A stretch of 64,000 nucleotides of DNA from Eutreptiella sp. 'Long Island Sound 2002' (Eukaryota > Protista > Euglenida): contig OZ038378.1 in the NCBI GenBank assembly GCA_964036045.1, forward strand, positions 146,196,001-146,260,000. Direction: 5' to 3'. Position numbers and translations under genes: made by a program. Of this stretch, positions 1 through 11,869 are shown one piece after another; position 1 is the stretch's first letter; each line of letters starts with the position of its first letter. The notes below the pieces were generated by a model. That model had not been told where the DNA came from. It saw only the letters and a program-made list of their open reading frames with translations, and did no database searches.

Positions 1-994
1 GAAGAGAGGGCCAAATCCTGCCAAAATGAAAAAGTCAAGGAACATGCGGGGGGGGCATAATTTCGGCACTCTCCGAGTATGGCATGCCAGCCCTCCAATG
101 CAACTCCCACCCCCTCCCCCGCACTCCAATTGATGCTACTACACCCCAAACAAAATATCCAGACCCACCAAAATCGTTTCAACTTTTGCTTTTGCTCTTT
201 TGTTTGCCAGCTCCAAGTGTATACCCACCGAGATCCTTGCCCTTTTGTTCCTTCCTTTCGTGGTGTTCTTGCCCCTACGGTTACTAATCCCGCTGCTTCT
301 GCTCCTAGAACCAACCCTTAGTGTATTGCTCCTTTGTGGTGGAGTGTATAAGCTACCTAGTGCTCTTTGGTAACGTGGAAGTTTGTGGTACACCACCACA
401 ATTGGCCCTTTCCTACCTCCACACACACCTCCATCAAACCACCATATTCTTGTAGTGGCTCAGTCCAATTAGAAAAAAATTGGTGGCCACATCGAGTACT
501 TTGCGGGTTGTGGACTTGGCATTCCATAGTTAGGGTCGCTATGGGGTGCTGTACAAAACCAGCAACGGTACGTATTGCAAAAGAGGCATTATTCCGGAAA
601 AAAAAATTGTACTCGCCTTTATCGAAAAAAGAAAATTACACACAATCAGCTAGTTGATACACCACTCATCAAGTTCTAGCTGCAATTTTTGGGCACCTAT
701 CTAGCACCTCGGACCAATTGAGGGGTGTCCTCCTCTGTGTAAGGAGTGGCCATGGCAGGTTACCCCTTGGGCTTTGCGGCTTCCATGTTTCGCTCCAAGG
801 AGGGATCCTTGCCTTCGAGCGGGTGGGGGTAACGTGAACACCATCTGGGGTCTCAGAAAGTGCACCCTCAGAAATTGCACCCTAAACTTGGGTGCTGGGG
901 GTGAGGTAGGAGGGGTATGAAGCTCAGTCACCCCTTCCTGAATGATCCACACAGGGCAATCAGCATCGGGCAGGGACAAAATCAACGCGGGAAT

Positions 995-1250
995 GAAATC
1001 AAAGTGGCCACATAACCCCGACTATCCTGGGATCCCCAAAGCAGGGACCAAATCAAAATGGCTACACAACCCCTGCCGTCTTGGCTTCAGAGTGGGTTTC
1101 AAATCCCATCCGGTACCACAGCCACCAATGTGGTGCGTTTCATCATCTTGGTTGTTGCCATCTTGGGATTCGGGCAAAAATGGCTGCATAGCCCCTGCCA
1201 TCTTGAGGGTCCCCAAAGTAGGGAGGAAATCACAATGGCTCACGGCCACT
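995..1250 (+). repeat. Degenerate ~55-bp tandem repeat (3-4 units, core AAATGGCTACATAACCCCTGCCGTC); related units at ~62935-63010
   Basis: Recurrent TGGC(C/T)(A/G)CA(T/C)A(A/G)CCCC at about 1003, 1058 and 1180, each preceded by AAA. A similar CATAACCCCTGCCATATCAGGTCCCCAGAG occurs at 62941-62970. Confidence 0.6.
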
Positions 1251-3177
1251 AGTTGTTTTTCGTCGTAACTGTGAATGATGCATTTTTCCGCTTTTTTTTT
1301 GTTTGCGGTAAATGCGAGGACCCAGTTTTGCAGTACTCACAAATACCGTTTTTTGTACTTGCGTTTACTGCAAAAAAAAAAAAAAACTACATGACCGTAT
1401 GTTTTTTTTGGTACTCGTGTTTACTGCAAACAAAATTACACAACTTATACAACGTACACACACACTTCTCGTGGAATAGTTGTAAGCAACGACCAAAAGA
1501 GAAGACATCACTTCGACTTGACCAAGCCACATGCAATGGACCCCCAAATCCCCACATGAACATAAAAGCAGGGGGTTCCTCAACCAACAACCCATCCTAA
1601 GCTGACAACCACCAACCCTGTCTTGTGCAGCTCTAAATACGAACATGCCTGGGACCATGAGAAAAAGGAGGGTTGCTGAGGCATGTTGAAGGAAGGAGAC
1701 AAAGAACCCATCATGGGCCACAGGTGTTGTGGGGTAATTGAGGGTTGTTGAGCGTTGACTCAGGTTTTTGTGAATAATGAAAACCTTGCATCAGTGACCA
1801 TTGCTGGACGTTGGTCACGGCTATCAAAGATTGTGAAGGTGGTTGCAATTTGTTGGGTGACACAACGAACAGTGAACACATCACGGTGTTCTTGAACCTT
1901 GCCATACCTTGTAATGGGCAGTTCTTCAATTTGGTGGTGGGGGATATTCCGTGCCGTACTCAAACACACATGAGCAAACAAATGATGCATATTCCATGCG
2001 ATTGTAAATTTTTCTGACTTTGCATAGGGCGAACATTGTGCACACCACCAAGCTTCAGATCCATCACAAATGCCACAGAATCAGCCTTGGTCACGAGGAT
2101 GATGAACATCAGCGGAATGTAAAGGCAATGCACCGCAACTCCGAACACAAGTGCAGCGCCGGAGAGATAATACTGTAGTGAGGAGGGGATGTGGTAAAAG
2201 AGGATGGAAGGGCAATAGATGGTGTGATCCATCAACCTCCGTGGGTTACAATTGCACGTTTCTGCTCAGCCCTCATTTGGGCTGTTGAGCTGTTGTCAGG
2301 CCCTGCTGTTTGGCCTGCATCCAAGACAAATTCGGTCCAGCGTGCGCACTGATTTCGGCCAAGGAACAACAACTCAAGCCTAGGTGATCAAATAGAACTC
2401 AGCTCATGACTGGTTCCTCTTGGTTTCTCAAGCAAGTGGTCGTCGTGTGGTTGTCTATACCTCCCATTCAATGGGGCCCCACTGTGACTTGTGTTGTTTG
2501 GGCAGGGGACAGAGTGGGATACCTGACAACATTGGGTCCCAATCTTCCCTGGGCTTCCGGTGCACACACACAATCACACACACACACAATGGAAACCGCA
2601 AAAACAAGAACAGAGCAAGAAAAGCGGTGAAAGAAAACTCCTCAGGAACAGCAGAGCTGTCCTAGACGTCTTTCGGTCTGTTGACAAATGCAGTAATGTG
2701 CAGCATTGTGTTCGGTCACAGTTCTTCCCCTCATCCCTGCCCTGCGATTCTGTGCTGCACCACCAACAGACCATAATTCACCTACGGAGGAGGTCGTGTT
2801 TTTCTAGTCCAACTTATGCAACCTGTGCTAGGTGCTTCCATCTAGCCGCACACACACAAGGGGGCATAGCCGGGGGGTGTTTCACGGACCTGTCCCACAA
2901 ACCTGCAATAAATGTATGTCCGTGCTCCAAGTGGGTTCGTACCCTTCCGGCTGGAGTTCAGGGGGTATCATGGTGTCTGTGTAGTGTTTGTCATTCCACT
3001 TAGCATTGTGCTTGAGCCAGTGGATTAATTTTGTGACTACTGCCGACCGTGCGCATGATTGGTGGTGTGCAATGGCGTACACCGCGCGCATAGTGTTTTC
3101 TGAGTACCAGGGAGGATGCAGAGTACACACGGCGCACTGACTTGTGCATCGCGCGCATCACCGTCATCCGTGCATAG

Positions 3178-4460
3178 TCACAGGCCAGCGCAACCTGAGC
3201 CCATGCCAGGGCAGACAGGATTTGGGACCCCCAGCTGTGCAGCCATGGTAATGCAGCCGTAAGGCCGCTGGTAAAGATGCACGCAAGGTACTCGGGGCCG
3301 CACGACTGGGGAGATCAGTGGTTTCCCGTATCTCAGGGACCAGTCCTCTTTCAGTGCTGAGGGGTGGGTCGTGCTCAGCCCTACACCCTCCCTGACAGTC
3401 ATGCTGATTCCCAGTGCCTGTGCCATTTTTGACAGGCACTGTCCTTCGCAGATCACTGCTCCCCCGTCCAGGCAAGGGCATAGTACCTCCAGGTCCCATA
3501 TCTTGGACAGTGTATCAGAGGTCATCTGGATTACACTGGTGGTCTGACCCGGGCGCATGCTTGACGCACACAGAATGTTATCCCTGAATTGGCAGAGGAT
3601 AAACCAGACGGGGCCTCTTTGCCAGACTAGGTATCCCTCTTCGGACACACTCAAAGTACCCCAGTCCCGCAGTTTCTTGCCCGCACATTTTGTTTTCCAG
3701 AGTGTATGTAAATCAGCGCTTTGTGCTGAAAACGGGCCTCCCATTGGGATACTTGTGTCGCGTTGCCAGAGGGTGCCAACTGCGTGCGGTACGTTGTTTT
3801 TTTGCATTTCAAATTTCAGTAACCGCATCAGTAGATCATGTGAAATGCACCAGAACCTGCTGTTTGTGGCCTGTCCTGCCCGATCAAGCTTCGGGGTGTC
3901 CTTATTTACCGACCACTGCAGCTGTGTTTGACTCCAGCGCCGTTTTTTGTACAGCCAGTGTGACGCCTCTTTGAATGCCTGTAGTATCGCGCGGGGGTTT
4001 ATATTGTCAAACTGCTTTTTGCAGTCAAGCTCAGTCAGAGATCGCACCCCCTTTCGGGCAACAAATTGAAACCAGCTAGAGACCTGTTTTATATCCGCAC
4101 ATTGGAAGATATTCGGTACTTCACTCTGTAGCATGTGCAGCATGTAGGTAAAGGACCGTGCAGCCAGTTGCAGTTGCTGTCTGTCCAGTATTGGGACGAG
4201 TGATGCGGAAATCCCCCTGAACACCCAGGTTTTGTGCATAGGGATTTTGCTTTAGCTAGCACATATAGTATGCACAACCGCCCCTTCGGGTTGTGTTGCA
4301 GGTGCATCTCCTTGACTGCCTTGGAAATTTGGCGGTCCCATTGTTCTTGCGTGCAGCCTGCTGGCACAAAATTTTCTTTTATCATGAACTCCTCTATCTT
4401 GTCCCACGGCCAGGCTGAACAAAACCCCCACATTTCCCCAGCCCCCTTGTCGACAGTCCT
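3178..4460 (-). pseudogene. Reverse transcriptase domain of the Penelope-like element (catalytically decayed)
   Basis: Motifs in order: TVDKGAG, LYVLAKAK, FRGIS, ELDCKKQFDNI, SIPMGGPFSA, QFRDNIL. The last is the YxDD equivalent with the second Asp replaced by Asn. Frameshift near 4230. Confidence 0.85.
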
Positions 4461-5159
4461 GATATATTGTGACCTGGCAAGGAATTTGGACAGGTGGCGC
4501 AGCTGGCTCAGCAAGTTACCGGATTCAGGGGACAAGGAGGGGGGCAGTAGCTGGTCCAATGGGGGTACATGCGTGTGTAGGTGCTTGCAGAGATCTGTGA
4601 TGCCCTCAATTGCCTTCGCTCTGGCCTTGGCACCTGGTACGGGAACAGGGTCGTTGGGACGCAGTGCCTCATGGCCCCCCACCCCGAAGTTGACAGGCAA
4701 TAACGCTGCGTGTCCTTCAATGTCAACTACTCTGCCGAATTCGGCTGCTCGCGTTGCGAAATGAGCACATCTACACGCAGGTCTGGCTTGGAGACGTGAC
4801 TGAGACATGGCGTGTGACTGGAACAATGACCTGACGGTGTGTGGGTCTGACCAGAAAATGCGTACGCTGTGCTTGAGTGCTTGTCTTTTGTATGCTTTTA
4901 GTGTTGAGGTGTGTAGGATTCTGCGAACCACATTTGTGACAATTTTCTTCTGTGGTTTTGTCAAGTTGGGAACCACAATCGTGCCGCAGACATGGAAGGG
5001 CGGCGCCAACTGGCTGGCGGTGTCCCGCAAAACTGTCTGGAGTGCTTTCAAGCGCTGTGTGTCCCGCTCTTGTTTCGCCTGTCTGAGTTCCTGTAGGACG
5101 TGTAGGATTGTACTGGTGATGTATGCACATTTTGAATTTGACGTGTCATTTTCTGAAAT

Positions 5160-5440
5160 GCCTGGTGGTATGTCATTCACTGCCTAGTGGCGGAGGTCAG
5201 ACCACCAGTTGTGCTCAGCCAAACCTGTCTGGAACAGGGTGTTACAGTACTGTACAGGAATTGTAACCCAGTCCGCCATGTTTGTTGTCAGCAGCAGCTT
5301 GTGAAATGTTGCACAGTCGGCTGCCGAACGTGCGTCTGTATGGTGTTTGCGCAATCTCTGGACTGGGCTCTGGCCTGTCTGTCTGACATATACAGCGCCT
5401 GTACGCAGGTTGACAGACACACATATATCACATATTGCGG
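5160..5440 (-). pseudogene. GIY-YIG endonuclease domain of the Penelope-like element
   Basis: YVIYVC (frame of ORF 5288-5818) shifts into VSVNLRTGAVYVRQTGQSPVQRLRKH ... GLAEHNWW ... then an in-frame TAG ... AVND. This matches the GIY...YIG-T...R..EH...E...N pattern. Confidence 0.8.
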
Positions 5441-6291
5441 GGGTGGGATGTGCACGTACCACTCATTTGTGTGTGCTTTTCGCCGGATAGTGCGAAGGGA
5501 GGGGAGTTTTGTGAAAGGCCAAAATAGTATGCTGGCTTGCATCAATTCTGCCCACCGCCCAAGGTTTGTTTCAGCCAGTGCCCGCTGCATCTGGTACAGG
5601 AGGGCGGACGAAATGGCATCTCTGTGTGGTGGGATTGGCATGGGAAATGCATATTTGCCATATCCGGAAAATAGCATATAGAGGCGTTGGGTTTGTACAG
5701 TGGACAGAGAACCCCACGCCGCTGCCGTGGCCCACAGCGTGTGCTCATCAATGGCGCACATCTGTCTAAGCTGTGGCATCTCATCCAGGCCGGATCCTGT
5801 CTGTGCCCAAACCCACAATTTGTCCTCTGTGGAGAAAGATAAGAATATCCTTGTGCCAAGATCAGACCAGTTCGTAACGTAGTGTGTATCTGCGTGCGCA
5901 TGTGTGTTCAGGTGTGGTGGTGGTTACTCTGGCGGGGGCCTGGGCCTGATTGGTATGTGCTGTACCGTCGCACGACAGGCTGGGTGATCCCACACGGACA
6001 CCCCCTCAAGGGTATGCAGCAGTTGCCGCTGGATGTGAAGTGCAGGCATCGGGATGTGTCTGTTACTCTGCTCTGTGATGTCCCTGGCCCGTCCCCGTGT
6101 CAATAGCTGTTCTGTACCCTTTTTAAAGGTCAGTATGTGTTCATCAGCTTGTGTGTGCAGTTGGTCAAACAAATGGTGCCGGCGTGCAACATTTACGGTG
6201 GGGTGTGTGGCATGTTGGTACCGCAACAGGTAGTAGTTGTAGCGCAGCAGCAGTGCAGAGAATTGGACAGCAGCGGACAGAATTACCCCTG

Positions 6292-6404
<113 letters not shown>

Positions 6405-6776
6405 TGTCAACAAACAGGCGAGCACAACGCCAAGTCCGGATGCCAATTCCTTGTTAGCTGGTCATCAAACAAGACAAAGCATGTTCAACGCCAGTAGGCG
6501 CCTTTCTGCAGTACAGGGCGAGAGGAGGCACAGCCTGCGCTCGTTCATGAAGGTCTCCAGCCCTCGGCAGCTGCGCAGAGCGCTAAGCCAAGGGCCTGCA
6601 AAGGACAGACACAGATGTTAAGCTGGTTCAGTACTGGGCTGTGGGAATATTTCGGAGCCCTCACCTCCATGTCCCTGCACTACTTTCACCGCCCTCCGAG
6701 GTTTGTGGAATCGTCAGTTCAACAGGGGGAAGAAAGAGAGAAAGAATGAAGCCAGAAATGCACCATCATTGGTGCA

Positions 6777-6964
<188 letters not shown>

Positions 6965-7128
6965 CACCGGATGCTATCTGATCCCTCAAAGCACAAAGTT
7001 GCAGATCCACAGCAGTCAAAACAAAAAACTCATCAGTGACAAAGCCACATGCGGTGTTCAGTTCATTTCCAGACCCCAATACCTGTGGTCGACAGGGGGG
7101 TCTAGAGGGGGGGGGGGGTCAAATTTTT

Positions 7129-7131
<3 letters not shown>

Positions 7132-7178
<47 letters not shown>
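7132..7178. repeat. (GT)n microsatellite, opposite polarity to the preceding (AC)n tract
   Basis: Seen directly. Confidence 0.97.
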
Positions 7179-7179
<1 letters not shown>

Positions 7180-7771
7180 CATCAAAACTGAGTGAGTATG
7201 CCCGTCGGTACTTCTGGGTGGATACACTTTTTTCAGGAGGCAATCCTCCAGTTGGCTAACCCCAACAGCCGGGCCGGGAGGCTGGGGGGGGGGGGAGTGG
7301 TACATGTCAAACAATGGAGGATCGATACATGTCAAACAATCGAGGGGATCCTTGTTGGGATGAGCCAAGACTTGGCATTAGGGGGGTGATCCATCCAACA
7401 TAACCAAAAAGTACTTTTTTGAATGTTACTACGAAAATTGTTCACAAAAACACACAGTGAAAATTTTCAGCCCTCCGTTTTATGTGTCTTCTATGGCAAC
7501 ACTTGTTTCGAAATGTACTATAGCGCAATAGTACACTTAGTGTGGTGCACTGTACAGTATAGCACACTGACAGTCACAAGCCTCCAATGTACTCCATGGC
7601 TGCAACGGCAAATTAAGATTCATCAATCGGGGTTTCGTGCCAATTGTGGCAATTTCCAATTTGAGGAGTGATAATGTCATATTATCACTTCCATGTTTGC
7701 ACTATTCTTGCCGCAATTTAAGGCCCAATATGCTGTACATGCCCCTTCAATTCTACTGCGGCTCTGGAGTA

Positions 7772-9804
7772 AATCACCTCGCAGAGGTTGTTAGATCAAA
7801 GCCAGGCAGGCGTATATAGGGGAAAATGCCACATACCCCCCCATTTTGGCCTTTTTGGGCCTATTCGCGTACCCTACCCCAAGGGGTTGAATTGTTAGTT
7901 TAACCCCTTGTAAAATCATTATTTTGTCCAATAAACGCATCCCCCAATGAGTTTTTGGTCCGGACCCCCCTAGACCCCCCCCACTTGAAACCCACTTTTT
8001 TCAGGTTTTCAAGGAGGGGGGGGGGGTGGGGGGGTGGGGGGGTGGGGGGGGGGGTCAAAAAATGACCCCCACTTTTTTTGGGTCGCAAATCATGAATCTT
8101 TTGGTTTTTTTTGATTTTGAGCCGAAAAAGTGTTTCCGGGTCCCGACTCCATAGGGTTTGTATGGGGCGGAGTGGGACGAGCGCTTATGCAGTTTATGCA
8201 CTTTTTCAGCCATTTTTGCTATGTTGGCGGTTTTGGCGACCTCGGTGACCCCGTGGTATCCACTTTGAGGGGTGTGAGTGGGGATGTTGTGACAGTATCT
8301 GCCTCCTAGTATACGGAAGGACGTTTTTTGCAGTCTCTAGCCTTGCTTAGGGCCGTTCACAACCCGTGCCAAAAACGCAAAATGGCTCTTTCCACCAATA
8401 ATGGCTTAGTGAATGGGCTGGTACGCAACCTGCTTATGCAGTTTTTTACCCTGGACAGCTCAAAAATCGAAGTTTCCGAAACTTACTTTTTTGACATCGT
8501 GATCACCTAAAATGACCATCCAAGCTATGGAAAGCATGTTTTAGGCCGTATTTACGTGTTTTTCGCCCGATTTGGGTATTAGGTCCGGGGGGGGGGGTCT
8601 TCCAAGGGATTGGTACACAACCTGCTTATGCACTTTTTCACTATGGGCAGCTCAAAAATCGAAGTTTTCGAAACTTGTTTTTTTGATGTTGTGACCACTT
8701 AAAATGACCATCCAAGGTATGCAAAGCATGTTTTAGGCCGTATTTGCGTGTTTTTCACCCTATTTGGGTGTTAGGTCCGGGGGGGGGGGTCTCCCAAGGG
8801 ACGGGTGCACAACCTGCTTATGCAGTTTTTCAACCCAGACAGCTCAAAAATCGAAGTTTTTGAAACTTGTTTTTGTGACATCGTGATCACCTAAAATGAC
8901 ATCTCAAGCTATGCAAAGCATATTTTAGGCCGTATTTACGTGTTTTTCACCCTATTTGGGTGTTGGGTCCGGGGGGGGGGGGTGTCTCCCAAGGGACGGG
9001 TGCACAACCTGCTTTATGCAGTTTTTCAACCCGGACAGCTCAAAAATCGAAGTTTTTGAAACTTGATTTTTTGATATTGTGACCACCTAAAATGACCATC
9101 CAAGCTATGGAAAGCATGTTTTAGGCCGTATTTACGTGTTTTTCACCCTTTTTGGGTATCAGGTCGGGGGGGGGGGGGGGGGCTCCCAAGGGACGGGTGC
9201 ACAACCTGCTTATGCAGTTTTTCACCCCGGACAGCTCAAAAATGGAAGTTTTCGAAACATATTTTTTTGATATTGTGACCACCCAAAATGACCATCCAAG
9301 CTATGTAAAGCATGTTTTAGGCCGTATTTACGTGTTTTTCACCCTATTTGGGTATCAGGTCGGGGGGGGGGGGGGGGGGGCTCCCAAGGGACGGGTGCAC
9401 AACCTGCTTATGCAGTTTTTCACCCCGGACAGCTCAAAAATGGAAGTTTTTTAAACTTGTTTTTGTGATATTGTGATCACCTAAAATGACCATCCAAGGT
9501 ATGTAAAGCATGTTTTAGGCCGTATTTACGTGCTTTTCACCCGATTTGGGTATTAGGTCCAAGGGGGGGGGGGGTCTCCCAAGGGATTGGTACACAACCT
9601 GCTGATGCAGTTTGTCACCCTGGGCAGCTCAAAAATCGAAGTTTTCGAAACTTGTTTTTTTGATACCGTGATCACCTAAAATGATCATCCAAGGTATGTA
9701 AAGCATGTTTTAGCCGGTATTTATGTAGTTTCCACCCTATTTTGGGTGTGTGTTGCTCGCGGTAGATTCTCTGCGAGGTGGACTTGCCGAAGGCAATAGA
9801 ATTT
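7772..9804 (+). mobile_element. Non-autonomous Helentron/Helitron2-like (HINE/DINE-1-type) element, copy 1
   Basis: 12-bp asymmetric inverted repeats: CACCTCGCAGAG at 7775-7786 and CTCTGCGAGGTG at 9769-9780. Hairpin TTGCC-GAA-GGCAA at 9784-9796, end ...TAGAATTT at 9804. Internal tandem array, no ORF. A near-identical inverted copy at 26412-28876 fixes the same boundaries. Confidence 0.75.
8426..9740 (+). repeat. Tandem array of about 7 units of ~195 bp inside element copy 1
   Basis: Marker CAGCTCAAAAAT recurs at about 8457, 8648, 8840, 9036, 9230, 9430 and 9625; each unit has a variable-length G run. Confidence 0.95.
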
Positions 9805-11638
9805 ACCAACGTCCCTCATGAACCTTCTGCGAACTGGCTTTCAAGGTTCAACATGATTCACATACCATCAAATTTATCATAAACTTTCTTTTTCAACAAA
9901 GAGTGAGTAATCACCTTTCTGATCTAGGTCTGGTTCCTTACTACAGCGTTGTAATAGGTAGTGCAATGTGTGAAATGAAAACACTGTTCAGAACACTGCT
10001 GATGTAACGATTGGAAAATGACAATTTCCGATCCCTAATGGACACAAATATAGTATCAAAAATAGCCAACTATTGTGCCGTAGTAAATGATTCCAGGCCT
10101 CAAAATTGTGCTGTTTTGGGACTCTGCACATACATGACACGCATGGTGCCACAAATGATAAAAAAAAAACTACATCTTTCAAACATGGCATGAAAAAAAA
10201 TCACATTGTGATTTTACCATGATATTTGAAAGCAAAAAAATGTTGTCAAAAGAAAAATTGTGTGTGATCGGGTAGATAGACGCCCTAAGTTGACCGGCAC
10301 CACAAACCAAACAAATTATTGATCTGTGACATTGGCAGCTGAAAAACGGTCTCAACATAAAAACCATCCTGTGCACACTTTTTGCTTAAAACTACCTGCA
10401 ACCACCGATCAGTGAGTCCAAACCTAGGGTTGATTGGTTTGCATGTGGTGGGGCTTATGCACCAAAATGCCTACGACGCTGGTCCACATCAGAGTCGTCA
10501 CTCAATTCGCATGATTCGTGCAGAGCAACCCTTTCCTTCCCCTCTCTCTTTGCAAGCGCTGAGGTGCGCTTGTGGTTGTTACATTGCCACAACTACTTGG
10601 CTTGCATCCTCAGGCGACAAAAACTCCGAGGCACTAGATGCATTGTTGGCGCTACTATTGCTTGACAATGAGCCAGATATCCATGGCAGTGTGCCCCTCG
10701 AAAAACTCACCTCATGCGCCGGGCAAAGCCGTCACGTGCTTCAACCTGGACATTCGGCCAAGAAGGGTTTCCGTCTCCCGAATGATTTTGGTATTTGCCT
10801 CCTGAACACCACCAAATTGTGCTTTCGAATTGGCCCTGAGGCCCGCGATTCGGGAATAGTGGTGAAATCCCCATGAAACCGCAAGATACCGAGAGACTTT
10901 CGCACCCCAATCCCATTGCCTGGCCCCTCGTCATCATCATGAACGATGAAAATGCCTAGAAATCAGATCTTGAGCGCCAAGACGCGCATTCAGAAGATTA
11001 TACTGAACTCGTTCGCTGGCCCATCGCCAACCGCCAACCGCAGCATATCAGGCACCAAGCGAAAGCGAGGCGGGTGGCGCGCGTGATATGGTTGAGGGAA
11101 GAGGAGTATGCGCCAATCGAAAGCGGGACTTACCGAGATGCACATCACAGGGACAGACAGACACGGTTGGCCTGGCGAAACAGCAAACACACCAGCGCAT
11201 TGTCCGGGATGTCCAGGAAAGTGAGCAGCAACCGCACGAAATCAGCAACATGACTGTGTACGAGGGTACAAGGCAAGACATGCTGCAAGGACCAGCCCTG
11301 GCCCCCTAATACGAAACTTTCGGAGGAAATGCCCAATGACGCACCATCCGGCAGATGAATCCGTGGCAATCCGTGGCGAAAGCAGAAGGGGCTGCACACC
11401 CAATCAAATTGGGAGGGTAAAGTGCTGATAGAAGCGTGAAGGCGTTGAAATGCAAACAGTAGAACAAATTCGTGATGTACGTGAGGAAGATACTTTGGAA
11501 CTGGTGGCACCTGCGGATGGCGGAAAGTCGCAATAATCTAAACCGAACAACACAAAAACAATGTCATTGCACCTACATCTTGTACGTGGTCCACCAATGC
11601 CTGTGAATGAGCCTCGCAATGACAGTGCAGAACGTCAC

Positions 11639-11709
11639 TGAGGCCAGAGGGAATCGAACCCCCAGCGTTTGATTTGGAATCAAACATGTTACCATTACAC
11701 CATGGCCCC
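11639..11709 (-). tRNA. trnW-CCA: tRNA-Trp (anticodon CCA)
   Basis: 71-nt cloverleaf: acceptor GGGGCCA/TGGCCTC, D arm GTGT-AATGGTA-ACAT, anticodon arm TTTGA-TTCCAAA-TCAAA, T arm GGGGG-TTCGATT-CCCTC, discriminator A. Confidence 0.93.
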
Positions 11710-11796
11710 TCTGGGTATGCTACAGTGCGTGCGACTAGCAACCCGCCAAGGGCCATACTGCGTTAGTTACAAACAGAACATGCATGATACTAGTGT

Positions 11797-11869
11797 AGGC
11801 CCCGGCGGGGTTCGAACCCGCGACCTCACGCTTACTGGGCGTGCGCTACTACCACTGAGCTACAGAGCC
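11797..11869 (-). tRNA. trnT-AGT: tRNA-Thr (anticodon AGT), with atypical C33 and an extra base in the D arm
   Basis: 73-nt cloverleaf: acceptor GGCTCTG/CGGGGCC, anticodon arm CACGC-CCAGTAA-GCGTG, T arm GCGGG-TTCGAAC-CCCGC, discriminator T. The D arm reads GCTC-AGTGGTAG-TAGC. Confidence 0.85.

Noticed and set aside
139-660. Possible RNase H remnant (WFDGG...) on the minus strand
   Set aside because: Only one weak motif; the later catalytic residues could not be placed.
5184-5926. Selenocysteine recoding in the Penelope-like ORF, as described for some Naiad elements
   Set aside because: The in-frame stops are TAA and TAG, not TGA, and co-occur with frameshifts, so they indicate decay.
6100-6150. 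Possible hammerhead ribozyme near the Penelope-like element (CTGATGA on the minus strand)
   Set aside because: It is followed by GAAC rather than GAAA, has no convincing stems I and III, and lies within the element's reading frame (QADEH). Other CTGATGA sites (about 7030, 34813, 37604, 39530) also lack a correctly placed GAAA.
8426-9740. CRISPR-like array
   Set aside because: Units are whole ~195-bp tandem copies with no unique spacers, there are no cas genes, and the context is eukaryotic.
11639-11709. Shortened 4-bp anticodon stem tRNA-Trp variant associated with UGA read-through
   Set aside because: The anticodon stem is a full 5 bp (TTTGA/TCAAA).
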